64,000 bases of DNA from Picochlorum sp. SENEW3 (lineage: Eukaryota): contig CP120457.1 of the NCBI GenBank assembly GCA_034226945.1, positions 62,001 through 126,000 on the forward strand. The letters run 5' to 3'. A model generated the notes under the pieces. The model was not told the origin of the DNA and searched no databases. It saw only the letters and a list, made by a program, of their open reading frames with translations. This document shows, piece after piece, positions 59,093-64,000 of this stretch. The first letter of the stretch is position 1. Each line of letters starts with the position of its first letter. Made by a program: the position numbers and the translations under genes.

Positions 59093-60469
59093 CTATAACT
59101 CTGTGTGTTGTTCAACAGACCCGGCCAGGTTTGCCAGGGTGTATGCTAGGACCTCAACACCCTGGCGTATGTAACGAGGAGCTGTAAACTCATCAGGTCT
59201 GTGACTCTTTCCTTCTTCTGAGGGAATAAATATCATTCCCATATCGCTTATCTGCGCCATGAAGAGGGAGTCGTGGTATGCGCGGCTGATCATGCGTTTC
59301 GAAGAGAGATTGAAATGGGATGCAGCAGCCTCAATCGTCTCCACGATATGGCTCTTGGATATTGCGGGCGGATCAAGGTTGAGGGTTTTGAATTCATAGT
59401 CAACCCCACGTCTCGACGCGATTCTTTCGGCAGCTTCTTTGAGCTGGTCAATCACCTTTGATCGTCTGACTGGGTCTGGGTCCCTCAGATCAATCTCCAG
59501 TTCTGCTACCCTGGGCACGCTGTTGATGGCGCCGGGCGATATCTGCCATTTCCCTACAGTCCCAACAATATCGATAGATCCAGTCGATACGACTGACTTT
59601 TCTACTTCAAGGGCCAATTCTGCCGCAGCAAGACTGGCATCATGCCTGTCTGGCATGAGAAGGGCGCCAGCATGTCCTCCTCCTCCCTTGAAGCTGACAT
59701 AGAAAGCAGAAGGAGCAGCAATGGCAGTCACAACACCAATATCCGTATTAGATGCTTCCAATTCCGGCCCTTGCTCTATATGCAACTCGACAAAAGATGC
59801 AACAGAATATGAGGAGACATTCTTGATGATATCCTCCTCTGATTGAATTCCATCAATACCAGCTTCCCGAGCTGCCTGTATAAATGTCTTACCTTCATTG
59901 TCTTGTAGCTGCGACAATTGATCAGCTCCTAGAGCCCCCGCCATGGCCCTACTAGAGATACAACTCAAGCCAAACCGAGTAGGCTCCTCAGAAGTGAACA
60001 TGATCACTTGTATAGGCCTGCTGGGAACAAATCCCGACGCTTTCAGTGCCCGTACTGCTTCAATACCTCCCAAAACGCCAACAGTACCATCATACGCTCC
60101 CGCCAATGGAATAGCATCGCAGTGACTTCCAGTCATCACAGAGCCAACAGAGCTCCCACTCCCAGCAGGTACCCACGTTCCTACAATGCTCCCCATGGCA
60201 TCCACATGCACCTCCAAACCAACATCCTCCATCAACGATATGATGTATTTCCTCGCAAGGACATCCTTCTCCGTAAATAAAACACGAGTCACAGCGGGAT
60301 GTGGGTCGTCAGAAACCCTAGCAAGTTGAGTAATTTGACCCACCAACCTCCGCTCATCCACCCGAATATCCCCCACTAGACCATTACAGAGTCCATGAAT
60401 AATGCATAGATTGAACACGGCCGCTACTAAAAAGACTCCGGAACAGTATCGAAAAGATCCCTGAAGCAT
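59093..60469 (-). CDS. UAH: Ureidoglycolate amidohydrolase (M20 family), ER-type
   Basis: Signal peptide; GSHCDAIP, FTSEEPTRFG, FVELHIEQGP, GGHAGA, AINSVP, SRAYHDSLFMA, SHRPDE; C-terminal HTEL. Confidence 0.87.
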   Translation of the reverse strand: MLQGSFRYCSGVFLVAAVFNLCIIHGLCNGLVGDIRVDERRLVGQITQLARVSDDPHPAVTRVLFTEKDVLARKYIISLMEDVGLEVHVDAMGSIVGTWVPAGSGSSVGSVMTGSHCDAIPLAGAYDGTVGVLGGIEAVRALKASGFVPSRPIQVIMFTSEEPTRFGLSCISSRAMAGALGADQLSQLQDNEGKTFIQAAREAGIDGIQSEEDIIKNVSSYSVASFVELHIEQGPELEASNTDIGVVTAIAAPSAFYVSFKGGGGHAGALLMPDRHDASLAAAELALEVEKSVVSTGSIDIVGTVGKWQISPGAINSVPRVAELEIDLRDPDPVRRSKVIDQLKEAAERIASRRGVDYEFKTLNLDPPAISKSHIVETIEAAASHFNLSSKRMISRAYHDSLFMAQISDMGMIFIPSEEGKSHRPDEFTAPRYIRQGVEVLAYTLANLAGSVEQHTEL

Positions 60470-60562
60470 GGAGCTGTTTTCAGTTCAATTGCAGTTCAAC
60501 GCTCATTCCTTGTTCTATGAAAAAACCCTCGTCTACTTGAAAAAATATTACACTTGAGAAGG

Positions 60563-61672
60563 TTATATAATCACGCAAGAGCATCCATCGGTATCATTGT
60601 GTTTCCTGCCCTCGTCCTGGCCCTGATGATGATCTGGGTTGGTGGATGTCACTGGCATATGGGACGAAAGCTCCGTCATCGAATAACTAGAGATTGATAT
60701 GGTATCCTGTGCTTGGCACTGTGTGGATACGGCATCGATGTCACTGGTGGACTTGTGTGTATCTGGTGCACTCCTTTTAGATTGAACATCATGCTGACTC
60801 TCGCTTCTGTCTGCAGACACACTCGTGATGGTGTCATGAATAGACTGAAGAGTAAAGTCCACATGGGCTGCGCAGCTTTCATCCTTTGAAAACAAGTAAT
60901 GATGGCCACCGTCGAACATGTCTACGTGGCACTGTCCAGATGTACTGCACGGGGCCCAGGCATCCAACATGTCTCGTGTGTATCGGACATCGCTGTAACC
61001 TCCAGAGACAAAAATTGGGCAGGAGACGGTCTCATCAGGATCTGGCGAGAAGGTTTCTGAAATTGTAAAATCAGCCTTGAGCACGGGATACATGAATTTT
61101 CGTATCGATGGATGCTCCAATTCTTTATTTTTTCCATATCGCTGTTCCATGACCTCCCAAAACTCAGCCTCTCCAAGGAGATGCATGGCTGTGGTATCAA
61201 TATCATTCTCAACGCCACTCAGTCTTGGAGAGCGAATAGCAGATACAATTAAACATGCTATGCAGTGCCCACGCCGCCTTTCTAGCTCCCGCACAGTTTC
61301 GAATGCAATCCACCCCCCAAGAGAGTGCCCAAGAATGACAACCGGTGATCCATCATCCTCACCCAAGTAGGTGTGTATCAGTGCGTCCACAACGCCATCC
61401 ACGACTTCATCCATGTGTTCCAAGAGAGTCTCTTTCCTTCTCATCCCTCGACCGGGCAATTCCACTGGGAGAATCCTGAAGCCATCGCACCAGTCTGGAC
61501 ACATGGACTGCAGCTGCTCTGACAAGCAGTCAATCCACGGGTTGTACACCGTGGCCCCTGTCCCAGCAGGTGGAAACAATACCAGTGTGACTATAGTACC
61601 TCCATTCCTGGTACCAGGAAATGAAAGATCTCTTGGCCTGAATATCCAGGGTGATGTCCCTTGGGAATTCAT
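60563..61672 (-). CDS. Type II thioesterase (GrsT/OLAH-like) with disordered tail
   Basis: FPPAGTGA..Y..W, VELPGRG.R, GHSLG nucleophile, LKADF, GGHHY. Confidence 0.87.
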   Translation of the reverse strand: MNSQGTSPWIFRPRDLSFPGTRNGGTIVTLVLFPPAGTGATVYNPWIDCLSEQLQSMCPDWCDGFRILPVELPGRGMRRKETLLEHMDEVVDGVVDALIHTYLGEDDGSPVVILGHSLGGWIAFETVRELERRRGHCIACLIVSAIRSPRLSGVENDIDTTAMHLLGEAEFWEVMEQRYGKNKELEHPSIRKFMYPVLKADFTISETFSPDPDETVSCPIFVSGGYSDVRYTRDMLDAWAPCSTSGQCHVDMFDGGHHYLFSKDESCAAHVDFTLQSIHDTITSVSADRSESQHDVQSKRSAPDTHKSTSDIDAVSTQCQAQDTISISSYSMTELSSHMPVTSTNPDHHQGQDEGRKHNDTDGCSCVII

Positions 61673-61788
61673 CGCACTGGTTTGGGTCGATCGAACAATG
61701 TGTATCGAATCAACCCAAAATGATGTTCTTTAAAATGTAAATAATTGTCTCTTTCATGACACGTAGAGCATTAATAATGCGAATGTAT

Positions 61789-63198
61789 TCATCGGTTCTT
61801 CTTCTTCTTCTTGTCTGCATCTGAACTGGCACGAGCATTGGCAAGCTGCTCGATGACATTCTTAAAAAAGACAAAGACCATGACAAAGACCACCACTTGC
61901 CATGGTCTATCAACGAGTAGCTGCCTCAGAGAATCAATGAGGACGCGTGGCCGTATATTCAATACATGGTGAAGGTTTCCAGAGGTGTGTCTGGACTCTG
62001 TCGCTCTGTGGATGACGTCCGATTGGAAACTTTGAATGGATCTGTTAATCTTCTCTCTGATTGCATGCATCACGACCGTGGCAGATATATTCACCCCAGG
62101 TATCGTAATGCTCTGAATTGAAGCTTCGAGGTATTCCAAAATACTTTCACGTGTGCTTTTTCTAAACAATGCTACAAAAAATGCTGTTTGACCGGCGACT
62201 TTGACCACACCCTTGCCCAGCAGGGTGGCTCCAAAGAATTCCCAGAATGGCATGAGAAAGTGACCGCAACAAATGCCACATAAATCAAATGCTGCATTGG
62301 GATACGCTGCTAATATGAATATTCCCCAAAACCCCCTCTTTTCTATAAAGTCAAGCATCCAGTGCTTGATCTTGCTGATGGTCATCTGAAAGAGGGCAAC
62401 CATTTTGGAATACCATGATGCTGCCTTGCTATATCGTATCGATGATGAATGTTCCAACTTTGCAATTTCCTCTGCTTCGATGTTTTTTCTCCCAGCTTTT
62501 GCAGCCTGGTAGCTGAGCAAGTAAGGCGGTATTTCTCCAATTGCGGTACCAATACCCCACAGAATCCCAGCAGGGAGTGAGTGCAAAAACACCTGCCAAA
62601 AGCCCACCATATCGCTCGGGTCCCCTTTCGATACAGTAGGAACGCATTGAAATGCATCGCTTCTCCACCACATATCTGATCGGATATCAAAATCCAGATT
62701 ACCACATCGCTCTGATGCCAAACAAATCTTGAGGATGTGAGGAAACAGAAACAGGAGGCCAGAATGCATTCCTGAGCCAAACCCTATCGAGGATAGTATC
62801 CCCAGTCCCATCCACCACACCACAAACTCGCTTGAGAATTCAATCTGCTCGATCGTGTCCTCTTGCACTCCCGCTATTTTCAGAAAAACGTACAGAAGAA
62901 GGACGGGGAGTACCACAAACAGTGTGGCAGGATGCGCTACCGTCCATCTCACGAACAACCATATACTGTCCAAAGCACTCAAATAAAAATACTTCAATGT
63001 CAATAGAGGAGACCCAAAGAGTGTCAATCGAGTGCGTTCTTTGGTCAATCGATTCCCCAACTGCTACACAGTCCCAAGGGCATATTGTCAGCGAATAACA
63101 TCTCTCATCGGATTAGATACACATATGTATATTTTCTTTCATAATCAGCATACCTTGGTGTCCACCCGAAGACTGTCTTGGAGTGTGTCGCTCTCCAT
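61789..63198 (-). CDS. VMP1: Vacuole membrane protein 1 (VMP1/KMS1)
   Basis: Short exon 1 MESDTLQDSLRVDTK from 63198; GLGILSSIGFGSGMHSGLLFLFPHI, WGIGTAIGEIPPY, PNAAFDLCGICCGHFLMPFWEFFGATLLGK. Confidence 0.92.
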
Positions 63199-63284
63199 TG
63201 TGGGAATTCCGTTGCAATGACTTATTCAATCATGTCAGTCTTTAGAATACGTGTTACATTCAATAATGGTAAAGAAGTATTTTT

Positions 63285-64000
63285 TTAATCTTCTTCTTCG
63301 CTGCTGTCGTCATCCGTCTCAGCCTCTTCCAACCACTGGACGATTGGCTGGGCGGCATCTCTGATGGCCTTGGCATCTTCTGGAGAGACACCAAGCACGG
63401 CTCCGGCGTTGGCCTTGTGATGCCATCCGATGATGATTTCCTCATCGATAATATCCTCTTCGAACAAGTACTTGAGAATGAATGGGATCTCTTTCATTCT
63501 ATCCTTGAAAGAGGCTGCCATGAGGGCCTCGAATGCCATCAGTTGCGCCAGCTGGCTTGCTGAATCACTGGCAAATTCATGCAAGACGGGGGACTTTTTC
63601 TGAACAAGTTGGAGCAACGCCTCTTGTTTGGAGTCTGAGAAGAGGGATGAATACAGAACTGACACTTTGGCAGGCATGTTGCCAGGAAGCCCGGCATATG
63701 CCTCCCTGATGGCATTCATATCAGTGGGGGATGCACTGAGAGCAGTATTCAACACTGTGACTGGATCGTTCAACGCCAAACGCCTTGCTTCTTCTTCTAA
63801 TCGTGCCTTTTCTTCCTCTGCTTTTCTCTTCTCCTCTCTCTTCTTTGCAGCAGCACGATCAGCCTCCAAGTTGCCCTGCGTCACCATCTTGGCAGTGGCA
63901 GAAGAGAGCTGCTCCTGAGCCCTCTTCTTCATGGCTTCGTCACTGGTATCAGTCATCCAGACAACATCTTCCTCGTCCTCCTCCTCATCGTCATCGTCCC
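63285..64000 (-). CDS. EIF5: Eukaryotic translation initiation factor 5, C-terminal part (W2 domain); 5' end outside the window
   Basis: Acidic run then WMTDTSDEAMKKRAQEQLS; ILKYLFEEDIIDEEIIIGW; AQPIVQWLEEAE acidic/aromatic boxes. Confidence 0.88.
   Translation of the reverse strand, partial: DDDDEEEDEEDVVWMTDTSDEAMKKRAQEQLSSATAKMVTQGNLEADRAAAKKREEKRKAEEEKARLEEEARRLALNDPVTVLNTALSASPTDMNAIREAYAGLPGNMPAKVSVLYSSLFSDSKQEALLQLVQKKSPVLHEFASDSASQLAQLMAFEALMAASFKDRMKEIPFILKYLFEEDIIDEEIIIGWHHKANAGAVLGVSPEDAKAIRDAAQPIVQWLEEAETDDDSSEEED

Noticed and set aside
1..64000. CRISPR arrays, rRNA, intact transposons
   Set aside because: No regularly spaced direct repeats, rRNA-like conserved blocks or transposase/reverse transcriptase ORFs seen.

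Overview
Very gene-dense eukaryotic nuclear DNA: about 40 protein-coding genes in 64 kb, short GT-AG introns (the six I mapped exactly are 65-116 nt) and intergenic gaps often under 50 nt. Photosynthetic markers (PsaO, ABA4, SBP-box factor, CDPK) point to a compact green-algal genome; a Picochlorum-like trebouxiophyte is my inference, not a database result. Most genes are housekeeping (CPSF160, RPL35, MED6, SPT4, NAA40, VPS45, CSN4, CUL1, eIF5, VMP1). The only clear mobile-element signal is a 5'-truncated, twice-frameshifted Fanzor/TnpB-type RNA-guided nuclease remnant at ~18.6-19.2 kb. Other notable features: same-strand genes that overlap (TGATG) or nearly abut, as candidate polycistronic units; a tail-to-tail pair of putative ureidoglycolate lyase and ureidoglycolate amidohydrolase genes; a membrane subtilase with two UIM-like motifs and a terminal PPxY; a membrane-anchored CE4 deacetylase with two LysM domains; a type II thioesterase ending in a CaaX box; a cysteine synthase with an N-myristoylation consensus; a ShK plus OS-9-like lectin fusion; an AMN-variant MRS2; and a non-plant-type GMD near an HS2ST-like sulfotransferase. 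I could not support any rRNA, tRNA or CRISPR array. Exon boundaries were read by eye, and family calls come from motif recognition, not searches.
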